The notes under the pieces are model-generated. The model saw only the letters and a program-made list of their open reading frames with translations, did not search any database and was not told the origin of the DNA. Of a stretch of DNA of 28,879 nucleotides, positions 6,534 to 14,784 are shown piece after piece; position 1 is the stretch's first letter; each line of letters begins with the position of its first letter. The stretch is from Escherichia phage Phi06_2987 S. The stretch lies in sequence record KM389287.1. One strand, written 5' to 3'. The position numbers were made by a program, and so were the translations under genes.

Positions 6534-7128
6534 CGTCGCCCTCTAATGCGCTGACGCGGATTGCCAGCTCTTTGATTGCCGCCAGCGCATCGAGCACCAG
6601 AGGATTGAGGTCTAGGGTCATTTTCCCCGACTCCTCAGCCGAGTGAACATATTGCGGATCTATCTTTTCCAGTTCCTGAGCAACAACACCTCGGCGTATC
6701 GTTTTCTCTTCATCAGCAAGGTAGTAGAAGGTCTTAAAATCCATTGCCACGATGTTGGCCAGAGACACTTCTAAATTAAGTTCTCCAGTAACCTTCTTGA
6801 AATTTATGTCCGATGTACCTGCAGACTGCAGCTGCGCCCACGGCACTGATGATTTTGGTGTTTGAGGGTCAGTGGTTGTTAGAAAACGGCTGAATACCGC
6901 ACTACCGTAAGTAATCCACAGCTGCGCAATTCGCTGCTCGGTGTAGGAACTCTGAAACCCACAGCCATTCGTAGGAGCCCACAGAGTATTGCCATCAGCA
7001 TCACTGATGAAGGATGAACTGGCATCTGTGGGCTTATTTTGGAGAACAGCACCAACCCCAAAAGCTCCCACCTGCATAACATTCCCTGCCGCAGTTCCGA
7101 CATCCTTTGTCGCACTACTTCCTAAACC
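6499..7128 (-). CDS. alternative tail fiber C-terminal cassette B with a peptidase S74-like intramolecular chaperone domain; no start codon of its own
   Basis: The frame is open from crossover site 2 (…KVGLGSSATKDVGTAAGNVMQVGAFGVGA…), with an in-frame TGA immediately upstream and no ATG before the shared motif. The C-terminal part (FKTFYYLADEEKTIRRGVVAQELEKIDPQYVH...LVLDALAAIKELAIRVSALEG) resembles the auto-cleaving chaperone domain of phage fibers and spikes. The track ORF is 6499..7077. Confidence 0.6.
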   Translation of the reverse strand, partial: GLGSSATKDVGTAAGNVMQVGAFGVGAVLQNKPTDASSSFISDADGNTLWAPTNGCGFQSSYTEQRIAQLWITYGSAVFSRFLTTTDPQTPKSSVPWAQLQSAGTSDINFKKVTGELNLEVSLANIVAMDFKTFYYLADEEKTIRRGVVAQELEKIDPQYVHSAEESGKMTLDLNPLVLDALAAIKELAIRVSALEGDAKSPASGSSAG

Positions 7129-7142
7129 GACCTTTATTCACC
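7119..7142. other. invertase crossover site 2 (gix-like)
   Basis: TTCCTAAACC-GA-CCTTTATTCACC. The conserved half-site and about 25 nt of adjacent coding sequence are nearly identical to site 3 (2 mismatches over about 37 nt). It sits 13 nt past the stop of the expressed tail fiber. Confidence 0.6.
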
Positions 7143-8489
7143 TTAATCGGCCGTCTCGGCCAGCTCTGCAGCTCTGAGTTTTTGGTTGTATAAAGAATCA
7201 ACAGGCATTTCGACACGGACGGACACAAACTGATCGGAGGGAATATCTACCGGATCGCCATCGTTGATACCCGGCAGCTCGTTCCTGGCGAATGCTGGTG
7301 CTTCAGGATGTGTGCGGTGATAGGTTTTAACCAGCACAGAGCCATCCGCGTTAACCTCATAATCCAACCAGACAAGCGCCTGCTTGTTGCGGTCGGTGGG
7401 GATGTCAAAACCGCCATCAATACCACCCCAGGCAGCGTCTGAATTTAGCCCCTCGCATCCTTCAACCAGATATTCACCAGTGCCCAGGCGGGTTACAGTG
7501 CAGCCCTCAGACTCATCGTTTGTGTGGCACTCGCCATTCATAAAAATTTTCACAACTGGTGATGCAGCTTTAAGCGTGCCATCACTGGCCCTGGTCGTAT
7601 TAGCTGTGCCGTAGAGTGTGTTAAATGTCGAGGTGCTACTTGATCCGGAGGTATTTCTCGCTAACACCCCAACAACGCCTGAATCATAGGCAACACTCAT
7701 AATCGCGTGTGTGTCTTCAGAAGCAAAATATAATGATGCTGAATATGCCCTTTGAGAGTTAACAGATTTGTTGTTGCGAAAGACTCGAGTACCTTTGTCT
7801 AAGAGGTTTGCCCATACATCAGCAACGGTATCTGCATTAAAGGATAGCCCTTTCCCCCCGAACCCAAACGCACCTACTTCCATGATGTTTCCGACGGATG
7901 TTCCGACGTCCTTTGTCGCGCTACTTCCTAAACCGAGGTTTGTGCGAGCGTCTGATGCAGTTTTCGAACCTGTTCCGCCCAGAGATACAGGCACTACACC
8001 ATCTGTAAACCCCAGGTTGCTTCTGGCGTCAGCGGCATTCGTTGCCCCGGTCCCGCCGTCCGAAACTCCAATCGCCCCATTGCTCCCTTTCTGGACCAGT
8101 TTGCCGATCGCCGGAATGGTTACACGAGCGCCGTTGATGGTGACGGTGATGTTCTGGTTTGCTGAGGTAGTGGCGAACGTCTCCCACGCGCCAATATTCT
8201 CGTCATATTCTTTGATGAGCTGCGACATTGCCTGGGCCAGTCCGTCGACGGAGATAATGTCTGACACCAGAATGGCGTATTTCTGGCCGCTCAGCGCCGG
8301 AGAAGCTGCAGGCGTAATCGTCATTGACGTGGCGCTGTTCACGGATGAAATCTGGAACAGCTGCACCGGGTTAGACATCACGATAATCGTCTGGCCAGCG
8401 CGAACCTGGCTGGCCGGTGCAGTCCAGTTTGTACCGGATCCGGTTGCGGTATTTCCGTTAATAGAGATAGTTCCTGTGTTATAAAGCAT
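7143..8489 (-). CDS. side tail fiber protein (constant N-terminal part plus currently fused C-terminal cassette A)
   Basis: Start at 8489 (MLYNTGTISINGNTATGSGTNW) with a GGAG ribosome-binding site. Contains phage tail fiber repeat-like motifs (…ARSNLGF…SLGGTGSKTASDARTNLGLGSSATKDVGT…). Crossover site 3 lies inside the gene. The track ORF extends to 8534. Confidence 0.85.
   Translation of the reverse strand: MLYNTGTISINGNTATGSGTNWTAPASQVRAGQTIIVMSNPVQLFQISSVNSATSMTITPAASPALSGQKYAILVSDIISVDGLAQAMSQLIKEYDENIGAWETFATTSANQNITVTINGARVTIPAIGKLVQKGSNGAIGVSDGGTGATNAADARSNLGFTDGVVPVSLGGTGSKTASDARTNLGLGSSATKDVGTSVGNIMEVGAFGFGGKGLSFNADTVADVWANLLDKGTRVFRNNKSVNSQRAYSASLYFASEDTHAIMSVAYDSGVVGVLARNTSGSSSTSTFNTLYGTANTTRASDGTLKAASPVVKIFMNGECHTNDESEGCTVTRLGTGEYLVEGCEGLNSDAAWGGIDGGFDIPTDRNKQALVWLDYEVNADGSVLVKTYHRTHPEAPAFARNELPGINDGDPVDIPSDQFVSVRVEMPVDSLYNQKLRAAELAETAD
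7925..7948. other. invertase crossover site 3 (gix-like), inside the tail fiber gene
   Basis: TTCCTAAACC-GA-GGTTTGTGCGAG. This resembles the Mu gix site (recalled as TTCCTGTAAACC-GA-GGTTTTGGATAA). The central dinucleotide falls in codon positions 2-3 of the Leu in ...TNLGLG.... Confidence 0.65.
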
Positions 8490-8500
8490 ATTTTCTCCAG

Positions 8501-8527
8501 GCAATAAAAAACCCCGCCGAGGCGAGG
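8501..8527 (-). terminator. rho-independent terminator between the lipoprotein gene and the tail fiber gene
   Basis: On the minus strand: CCTCGCC-TC-GGCGGGG followed by TTTTTT. Confidence 0.45.
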
Positions 8528-8547
8528 TTTGCATTGAAAGTCATGAG

Positions 8548-8781
8548 TTATTTACATGTCGTGCTTGTGAATGTGTTCGCACTTACCCAGCGCCAGTTAA
8601 AGGGATATCCGGCCCGGTATTGCGTCTGGTTGTTTTGCTTTCGAACGGCGTAAATCATAACGGTATTCTCATGGCCACCCATATATGCCGTGCCGCTGCA
8701 AATCGGTTCCTGTTTCTCAAGTACACCAGCGCAACCTGAAAGCATGGCAGCGCAAGCCATACCGATAAGAAGCTTAATCAT
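8548..8781 (-). CDS. small lipoprotein, possibly a Cor-like superinfection exclusion protein
   Basis: 77 aa. N-terminal signal peptide with lipobox LSGC (MIKLLIGMACAAMLSGCAG). Its size and position between J and the tail fiber fit Cor-type lipoproteins of lambdoid phages; the Cor assignment itself is inference. Confidence 0.55.
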   Translation of the reverse strand: MIKLLIGMACAAMLSGCAGVLEKQEPICSGTAYMGGHENTVMIYAVRKQNNQTQYRAGYPFNWRWVSANTFTSTTCK

Positions 8782-8892
8782 TTTGATGATATCCAGAGGT
8801 ATTCATGAACTTAGACAATACCAACATGAAAGAGGTGGGTATAATTGATTTGATAGATCAATTATCAGTTATTGATCGCCCAAAACGATCAA

Positions 8893-9567
8893 TCAGTCAT
8901 AGGCCGCTGTATTTATCGCGGTTAAGGAAATTCCAGTATTCGTTACCCCTCCCGGAGAGCCTGTGCCAGTGGAGGTCCCCCCTGCGTTTATCCTCGTATT
9001 GGCCCCGTCAAACCTGCACGCCGAATAAGCATTAATGGTGTAGATTGTCGGAGGCCGGGTTGAGTTATTCACAACGATGCTTTGGCCAAGCTGTGCAGGT
9101 GCAACAGCCCATGGCCCGCTAAGTGTCTGATCGATATTTATCCCTCCGTTTGCGCCAGGCGTTCCAATTGTCTGTAGGTCGGACAACACCCGGGACTCAT
9201 TAGTGAGCACCAGCTTTCCTGCCGCATCCCAGATGGCCATCCCCCATTTCGGTAACGTCTGGGGAAATATGGCAAATATATATGCGGTTAACGTGAAGCT
9301 CTTGTTATAGGGATTAACCCCCGCGACATATACATTTCCTCCGTTCCGGTAAGATATTACTGGCGTGGGCTGGGCGGTATTTGTGGTCCTGATAAATACC
9401 ATCACAGGGTAGTCAGCATTTAATGCAATATTCTGAGCAACCTGCTGCGAACTGCCATTAGCAGAGGAGTTGAAAGTGTACTTGCCGTAAAGACAAAAAG
9501 GCGTTGACTGGGGCGTTACAAATGGGTTCCCGTTGTCCATTAATATCATCGCGCCAAATTCGGCCAT
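8893..9567 (-). CDS. hypothetical phage protein (224 aa), coupled to J
   Basis: Track ORF whose start overlaps the stop of the upstream 100-aa ORF (ATGA). No signal peptide, so it is not Lom-like. Likely tail-tip associated. Confidence 0.55.
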   Translation of the reverse strand: MAEFGAMILMDNGNPFVTPQSTPFCLYGKYTFNSSANGSSQQVAQNIALNADYPVMVFIRTTNTAQPTPVISYRNGGNVYVAGVNPYNKSFTLTAYIFAIFPQTLPKWGMAIWDAAGKLVLTNESRVLSDLQTIGTPGANGGINIDQTLSGPWAVAPAQLGQSIVVNNSTRPPTIYTINAYSACRFDGANTRINAGGTSTGTGSPGGVTNTGISLTAINTAAYD

Positions 9568-9869
9568 TATGCTTTCTCCATGAAAACGACCACTTCACAC
9601 TTTGAGGCCGGATAATTACCCAGACCTACAGAAGATGCAGCGCTTACGGTTATTGTGCTCCCTGACGCGACAATGCGCCGCCCTACGCTGTTACCTCCTT
9701 CATCAAGTGAAAGAACAAAACCAACTTTCATTCCTGAGGGCACCGTAAAAGACCAGCTGCCGGAGGTTTGCCCGGCAGCCAGCTGTATTCGCCCAACGAC
9801 GGAAACGGGTTTGATGCCATAGTTGTTGGGTTTTCCTGAAGCATCCCAGGTCTGTATTCCATAAGCCAT
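9567..9869 (-). CDS. hypothetical phage protein (100 aa), coupled to J
   Basis: Track ORF starting 2 nt from the J stop. No family recognised. Confidence 0.55.
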   Translation of the reverse strand: MAYGIQTWDASGKPNNYGIKPVSVVGRIQLAAGQTSGSWSFTVPSGMKVGFVLSLDEGGNSVGRRIVASGSTITVSAASSVGLGNYPASKCEVVVFMEKA

Positions 9870-9870
9870 T

Positions 9871-12800
9871 TCAGAATACTCCCGTTAATCGGCCAACCTG
9901 CACCCTAAGAACATTACTGCCATCTTTGACGCTGATCGTCTGATTTGTCAGTTTCATGGCTCCCTCACCAGCAGTCGAACCGTAGTTCTCAAACGTCCCC
10001 CCTTTATCAAGCTTCCAGCCAGCAGAACCAGCAACATAATTGTTCGACTGGATAAAATTACCAATCTTTGCGTTGCTGATAGTGCCGTCCTGGATGAAAC
10101 TGGCCCGGATGAATGTCTGCCCGTTCTGGATCACGAACGGCAAAGCTACGCCGTTACCGGCAGCTGTCGTGACTGCGAAGCGGTCAGCCAGGAAGATGAC
10201 CTGTGACTGCATTCCGGACGGCGTATTCTCCACGCCGATCCCCATCCCTGCGGCGTAATACTGACCATTGCTGGAGACACCAACCTTGATGCTGTACATC
10301 GCCTTCAGATCACCGTTAACGTTCGCTATGGCCTGAGCGTTAGTGGTAATGGCTGATGTGTGTCCGTTGACGGTCGCTGTGATCCCGTTTATCTGCGTGG
10401 CCGTGGCCTGCTGGTAATCGGAGAACGTCTGGTTCAGGCTGTTGATAGATGCCTTGTTGCCGTTGACATCCGTCTGCAGGCTCAGCAGAGAGCGCGCCGT
10501 TGCCTCCTTCTCGTTAACGATTACCTCATCAATACGATCCAGCTGCGCACTGTTACCGGCGACCGTCGCGGAAAGCCTTTTGCGTGTGGCCACCTGCGCC
10601 AGCCCGTTCTGGATAATGGCAATGGCTGAGTTCTTAACCCCGCCCGTCATGCCGTCCATAGACACGCTGATGCTGTCGATTCGCTGGCCCAGCGCGGTAT
10701 CAGCCGTTGCGACGGTCTGCTCAAGATCTGATAGAGAGGAAGATACATCACCGACCGTGCTCGAAAGCTCATTAACACTGGTCTGAACCTGCCCAATGTC
10801 CTGCGCGTTTTTTGCGATTTCCTGCGCCTGGAGCTCAAGTTCATCGTTGGCCTGTTTGATGTCGTCAGCCATGCCAGCAATTTTTTCATTGCTGTCCACC
10901 GCGTTCTCGATCAGGTCTTTGAACGTATCGGAGTCTTTAATTTCCTCCAGAATCACATCTGTGATATCGGAAACATCGATGCTGGCCTGTCCTCGCACCC
11001 ATTCTGTGTACCCTGATTCGTTGCCGCTGCGGTCCACCAGCTGCGCGCGGTACCAGAAAATCTGCCCAGCCTTAAGGCCCATCTGCTGATATTTGCGCTG
11101 CGGGTAAGGCACATCGGCCAGCAGCATGGCATCGTCTTCAGTACCGGTCAGGCTGTACTGAATTTCCGTCTTCAGCGTGTCTTCGGTATTCGCCGGGAAT
11201 CCCCAGTTCAGCTCAATACCGAATACCACGTTTTCAGAAGCGATGAAGCCAACCGGCTTCGGTGGGTTTCCCACTTTACCCGTCAACGTTTTCTCTTCTG
11301 AATAGCCCCACCCAGATGAAATTTCGGCGGCATTGATGGCACGCACGCGAACCAGGTAGCGTCCTGCATAAATCCCCGGAACATCGAATGACGTGGTGGA
11401 GCTGCGCGGCACATTCACCCAGTTCCCGTCATTGCGACGCCACTGTGCCTCATACGCGATAGCATTTTTCGCCTGGTCCCAGCTGACGCGCATGGTCTCA
11501 ACGCTGATATTCTGCTGAACGACAGAAAACGAACTGATCGCGATATTAGCTGGCGGGGACTGATTACCGGGCGGAATTACACTTATTGGCCGCTGGTCGA
11601 CGATGGCGCCGGTATCGATACGGGCATACTTATCCGGATCGTGAAAAGCACCAGTAATAGAAAACGTGCCGTCGTTATTATCAGAGACGCTGATAACACA
11701 ATATTGCTGTGCATAAAGCTCGTCGGATTCGACAATCCATACCGATTCGACTGCCGGTGTTTCGCTGTATGCCGTGGTCACGGTGACAGCCCGGCCGTTT
11801 ACGCTCTGAATCGTCCTGCTCTGCGATGCGCCAGACGGCAGGTTAACCATAAGACGGCTTCCGGCAACGGCAGCGGAATCACGATCAAGCGTGATAACGC
11901 GACCATTAACCGCGCTGATACGCCCTCCCATCACCTTTCCGGATAACAGCTCATCGGCAACCGCGATAATATAACCAGGCTGTGGAATGTTGCCGTCCAG
12001 ACCAACATCAAACGATACGATGCGATCCTTGTTATTGGTCTGAATCCCCCAGCGCCCCTTACGGTTTGCCTCAGACTGCCGGGTACAGCCAATGGCTGTC
12101 ATCTCGAGCTGGTTTGTGCCAAAGCGAGCGACGAGCTCCTGTTCAAAAACCGGCTCCATCGCATCTGCGTAGGCATTACCCGGATCTGACCAGGAAACCA
12201 GCGCGGTGGTATAGCGGTTTTTAGTGGTGCTGCCAGAATAGGTAAAGCGGCCGTCAACCACGTTAGCGCGGGTGTAGCTGTAATCAACATCGCGGGGCAT
12301 ATCTGCCAGTGCAACGATTTGATTGCCGCCCCAGTACGTCATGCCACGGAATATCGCCGCAAAATCACGTAACACGGTATAGGCGTCATTCCTCTCCTGC
12401 ACGTACACGTTACAGGTATAGCGAGGCTCGGTGCCGCTACCGCCTTTACCATCAGGAACCAGCTGATCGCAATATTGTGCGACCTGGTAAAGCGTCCATT
12501 TATCAATATTTGCCGCCGTCAGGCGGTCGCCAAGTCCAAAACGGTCGCTCACCACCAGATCGTAAAAAATCCACGCCGGATTGTCCGTCCATGCCCACTT
12601 AAACGCCCCCGTCCAGGTACCGCTATAGGTCCGGGTTTCCGGATCGTAAGTATCCGGCACGCGGATAACGCGCCCGCGCGGTTCACAGGAAATTTGCGGG
12701 ATGGAGCCGTTAAACTGGCTTGAATCGAATTCAATGTACAGCAGCGCGGTGTTTGGATAGCGCAGTTTGGCATCGATTACCTCCGTGTAGCTCTGCAGCG

Positions 12801-13422
12801 TCATCGTGTCGCCAATTTTCGCACTGTTCGCATCTGCGGTGAGCTTACGAAGACGTACCGTCCAGGTACTTCCCGCCTGCGGTAAGTCGATACGGTGGCT
12901 GCGTTCGTAGCCTGACGTGGTTTTCCCGGTGACGCTGGTATTAAGCACGGTCTGCCAGGTACCGCCATCTGTCTGCAGATCGATAGCGTAATTAATCGAA
13001 TAGCCGACCAGATCGCCGTCGTCCTCCTGTTTAAACAGTGATGGCCATTTGAGGCGCAGACGAATGGCTGACAGCTGGGTGTTGGTAAAGGTATGCGTCC
13101 AGGCCGTAGCGCTTGAAACTTCGGTACCTACGCTGATTTCATTCTCGGTACCGGGGATGCCCTGAATATACTTTTGAGCCTGAGTCCCCGGGCGGAACTC
13201 CCATGCCACGCCGCTGAAGTTTTGCGATCCGTCTGCATTCTCCAGTGGCGTGCCGTCAAGATAGATATCTTTAGCCGTTAACTGCCCCGCAAATTCCCCT
13301 TCTCCCAGCGCAACAAGAATCTTGGCCTTCGCTACGGACTGGAGATCGTCTGGCTGTTCTGTAGGGGTACGGGAACTGGAACTGCCGCCCTTGCGGCCTC
13401 TAATCGGAGTGGAAGTAGCCAT
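9871..13422 (-). CDS. J: host specificity / central tail fiber protein J
   Basis: 1183 aa. The central region (YTEVIDAKLRYPNTAL...YCDQLVPDGKGGSGTEPRYTCNVY) aligns with lambda gpJ as I recall it. It sits at the end of the tail operon. Confidence 0.95.
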   Translation of the reverse strand: MATSTPIRGRKGGSSSSRTPTEQPDDLQSVAKAKILVALGEGEFAGQLTAKDIYLDGTPLENADGSQNFSGVAWEFRPGTQAQKYIQGIPGTENEISVGTEVSSATAWTHTFTNTQLSAIRLRLKWPSLFKQEDDGDLVGYSINYAIDLQTDGGTWQTVLNTSVTGKTTSGYERSHRIDLPQAGSTWTVRLRKLTADANSAKIGDTMTLQSYTEVIDAKLRYPNTALLYIEFDSSQFNGSIPQISCEPRGRVIRVPDTYDPETRTYSGTWTGAFKWAWTDNPAWIFYDLVVSDRFGLGDRLTAANIDKWTLYQVAQYCDQLVPDGKGGSGTEPRYTCNVYVQERNDAYTVLRDFAAIFRGMTYWGGNQIVALADMPRDVDYSYTRANVVDGRFTYSGSTTKNRYTTALVSWSDPGNAYADAMEPVFEQELVARFGTNQLEMTAIGCTRQSEANRKGRWGIQTNNKDRIVSFDVGLDGNIPQPGYIIAVADELLSGKVMGGRISAVNGRVITLDRDSAAVAGSRLMVNLPSGASQSRTIQSVNGRAVTVTTAYSETPAVESVWIVESDELYAQQYCVISVSDNNDGTFSITGAFHDPDKYARIDTGAIVDQRPISVIPPGNQSPPANIAISSFSVVQQNISVETMRVSWDQAKNAIAYEAQWRRNDGNWVNVPRSSTTSFDVPGIYAGRYLVRVRAINAAEISSGWGYSEEKTLTGKVGNPPKPVGFIASENVVFGIELNWGFPANTEDTLKTEIQYSLTGTEDDAMLLADVPYPQRKYQQMGLKAGQIFWYRAQLVDRSGNESGYTEWVRGQASIDVSDITDVILEEIKDSDTFKDLIENAVDSNEKIAGMADDIKQANDELELQAQEIAKNAQDIGQVQTSVNELSSTVGDVSSSLSDLEQTVATADTALGQRIDSISVSMDGMTGGVKNSAIAIIQNGLAQVATRKRLSATVAGNSAQLDRIDEVIVNEKEATARSLLSLQTDVNGNKASINSLNQTFSDYQQATATQINGITATVNGHTSAITTNAQAIANVNGDLKAMYSIKVGVSSNGQYYAAGMGIGVENTPSGMQSQVIFLADRFAVTTAAGNGVALPFVIQNGQTFIRASFIQDGTISNAKIGNFIQSNNYVAGSAGWKLDKGGTFENYGSTAGEGAMKLTNQTISVKDGSNVLRVQVGRLTGVF

Positions 13423-13433
13423 ATTGCGCCCAT

Positions 13434-13456
13434 AAAAAAAGCCACCCTGAGGTGGC
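13434..13456 (-). terminator. terminator-like hairpin plus T7 between I and J
   Basis: Minus strand: GCCACC-TCAG-GGTGGC followed by TTTTTTT, ending 11 nt before the J start codon. Confidence 0.35.
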
Positions 13457-13473
13457 CTGAAAGAAGGTTTTAT

Positions 13474-14064
13474 TTACTGCTGATCTTCGACATATATCCC
13501 GGCAGAAATAATCGCACCGCCGATTCGCCGGCGACCATAAAGAAGTGGTACCGGGTAGCCCTGCGCAGCGGTGTTTGTGACCCCGCCAAACGCGTAGGAG
13601 GCGCGGTTATCAGAGCTTTGTTTGCTGGCCAGACCTGCTGGTTGAGGGGAAAGCATCTGGACAACGCCGCCCAGCATGACTGCGGCACCAAGTTTGTAGA
13701 AGAATGGTGAAGCCGCAGCCCAGGGCGTGAAATTAAGAACCACACCGACAGCAACCAGAACCGCACCTAAAATAGTCTGTAGTACACCCGCTTTTTTACT
13801 CCCGATAATGACCGGGACAATGCGGATAACATCGCCGGTGACCGGGAAGCCAAGGTCATCAACACCAATATTCTTTTTCCCTTTGAATACGGAATAAGTG
13901 AGCCCACGGCGCTGGCTGGAGATCATAAACTGCTCAAATCCCGGAACCGTCTTTGCCAGCGCAACACTCGCCTCGTTAACGCGGGAAATCAGGCGGTGGT
14001 GAACTTTACCGAACGTTTTGCCGAGCACGCCGCCAAGCTCAATGCGGCTCATGACTTCCTGCAT
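13474..14064 (-). CDS. I: tail assembly protein I
   Basis: 196 aa. Position and sequence fit lambda gpI; the C-terminal hydrophobic/glycine-rich region is typical. Confidence 0.85.
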   Translation of the reverse strand: MQEVMSRIELGGVLGKTFGKVHHRLISRVNEASVALAKTVPGFEQFMISSQRRGLTYSVFKGKKNIGVDDLGFPVTGDVIRIVPVIIGSKKAGVLQTILGAVLVAVGVVLNFTPWAAASPFFYKLGAAVMLGGVVQMLSPQPAGLASKQSSDNRASYAFGGVTNTAAQGYPVPLLYGRRRIGGAIISAGIYVEDQQ

Positions 14065-14783
14065 GATTCATTCCCCCTTAAATCTTTATAGCGAACGATT
14101 TTCATCGTGCGCTCCTGCCAGTATCCGCCATAAGGAACACGCTGACTCAGATGCCCGTAAAGATGGTGCAGCAGCATGTTACCCTCCAGTAAAATCCCGG
14201 CATGATTCCACTTATCGGCCTGCACCTGCATGATGACCAGATCGCCTTCCTGAGGCGGGCCGTCAAACTCCCTGAATCCGCACTCGTACCAGCAGTCCTG
14301 ATAGAAGTTGTCCGGATAGCTGTTCTCCCACCAGGGATAATCGACGCGGTAATCATGGAGTTCGATGCCGTGGGTCTGCCGGAAATAGCTCATTACCAGC
14401 CCCCAGCAATCGAAGTGGCCAAGCACGAACGGGCGCTCCAGCAGCGGCAGTTCCCCGCGCGGCTGAATAGTGCGTAAATCCCCCTCCGGCCAGCTCACAA
14501 TATGCCAGGGCAGCAGCGTTGCATCACATTGCGCCTTATCAAGCTCGCTGGCCTGCGTCGTCGCGTCAGGGTGGCTGTGAACAATGGCTACCACCGTCCC
14601 CCAGTCTTCGGCAGCTGCGTAGTCTTCGGGAGAAAGGTGAAAATGTTCTGTCGGCTCTTCAGAAAGGTTGCGGCAGGGGAAATAACGCTCAACCCGGCTT
14701 TTCTGCGCCACCACGCCGCAGCACTCTCGCGGGTATTCCGCAGCGGCATGCGCCATGATGGCATCAATGGTTTTCTGACGCAT
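14049..14783 (-). CDS. K: tail assembly protein K (NlpC/P60 plus JAB/MPN-like)
   Basis: Start MRQKTIDAIMAHAAAEYPRECCG with an AGGAG ribosome-binding site, 1 nt after the L stop. Contains HSHP and Cys/His motifs typical of gpK. The track ORF is extended to 14846. Confidence 0.85.
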   Translation of the reverse strand: MRQKTIDAIMAHAAAEYPRECCGVVAQKSRVERYFPCRNLSEEPTEHFHLSPEDYAAAEDWGTVVAIVHSHPDATTQASELDKAQCDATLLPWHIVSWPEGDLRTIQPRGELPLLERPFVLGHFDCWGLVMSYFRQTHGIELHDYRVDYPWWENSYPDNFYQDCWYECGFREFDGPPQEGDLVIMQVQADKWNHAGILLEGNMLLHHLYGHLSQRVPYGGYWQERTMKIVRYKDLRGNESCRKS

Positions 14784-14784
14784 A

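Noticed and set aside
6879-7115. 78-aa minus-strand ORF in cassette B
   Set aside because: It is in a different frame from the one that continues the conserved GLGSSATKD crossover motif; the latter frame is the biologically coherent one.
7768-8484. 238-aa plus-strand ORF antisense to the tail fiber gene, and a similar one at 6989-7177
   Set aside because: Antisense to the tail fiber coding sequence. The repeated peptide in these ORFs (VPTSFVALLPKP) is just the reverse-frame reading of the repeated crossover-site DNA.
8805-9035. 76-aa plus-strand ORF starting in the lipoprotein upstream region
   Set aside because: It overlaps the 3' end of the 224-aa gene on the opposite strand and the palindrome-rich promoter region. 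Probably fortuitous despite a possible ribosome-binding site.
10442-12773. Multiple 70-115 aa ORFs on both strands within J
   Set aside because: All are embedded in the J coding region, which has strong lambda gpJ similarity in its own frame.
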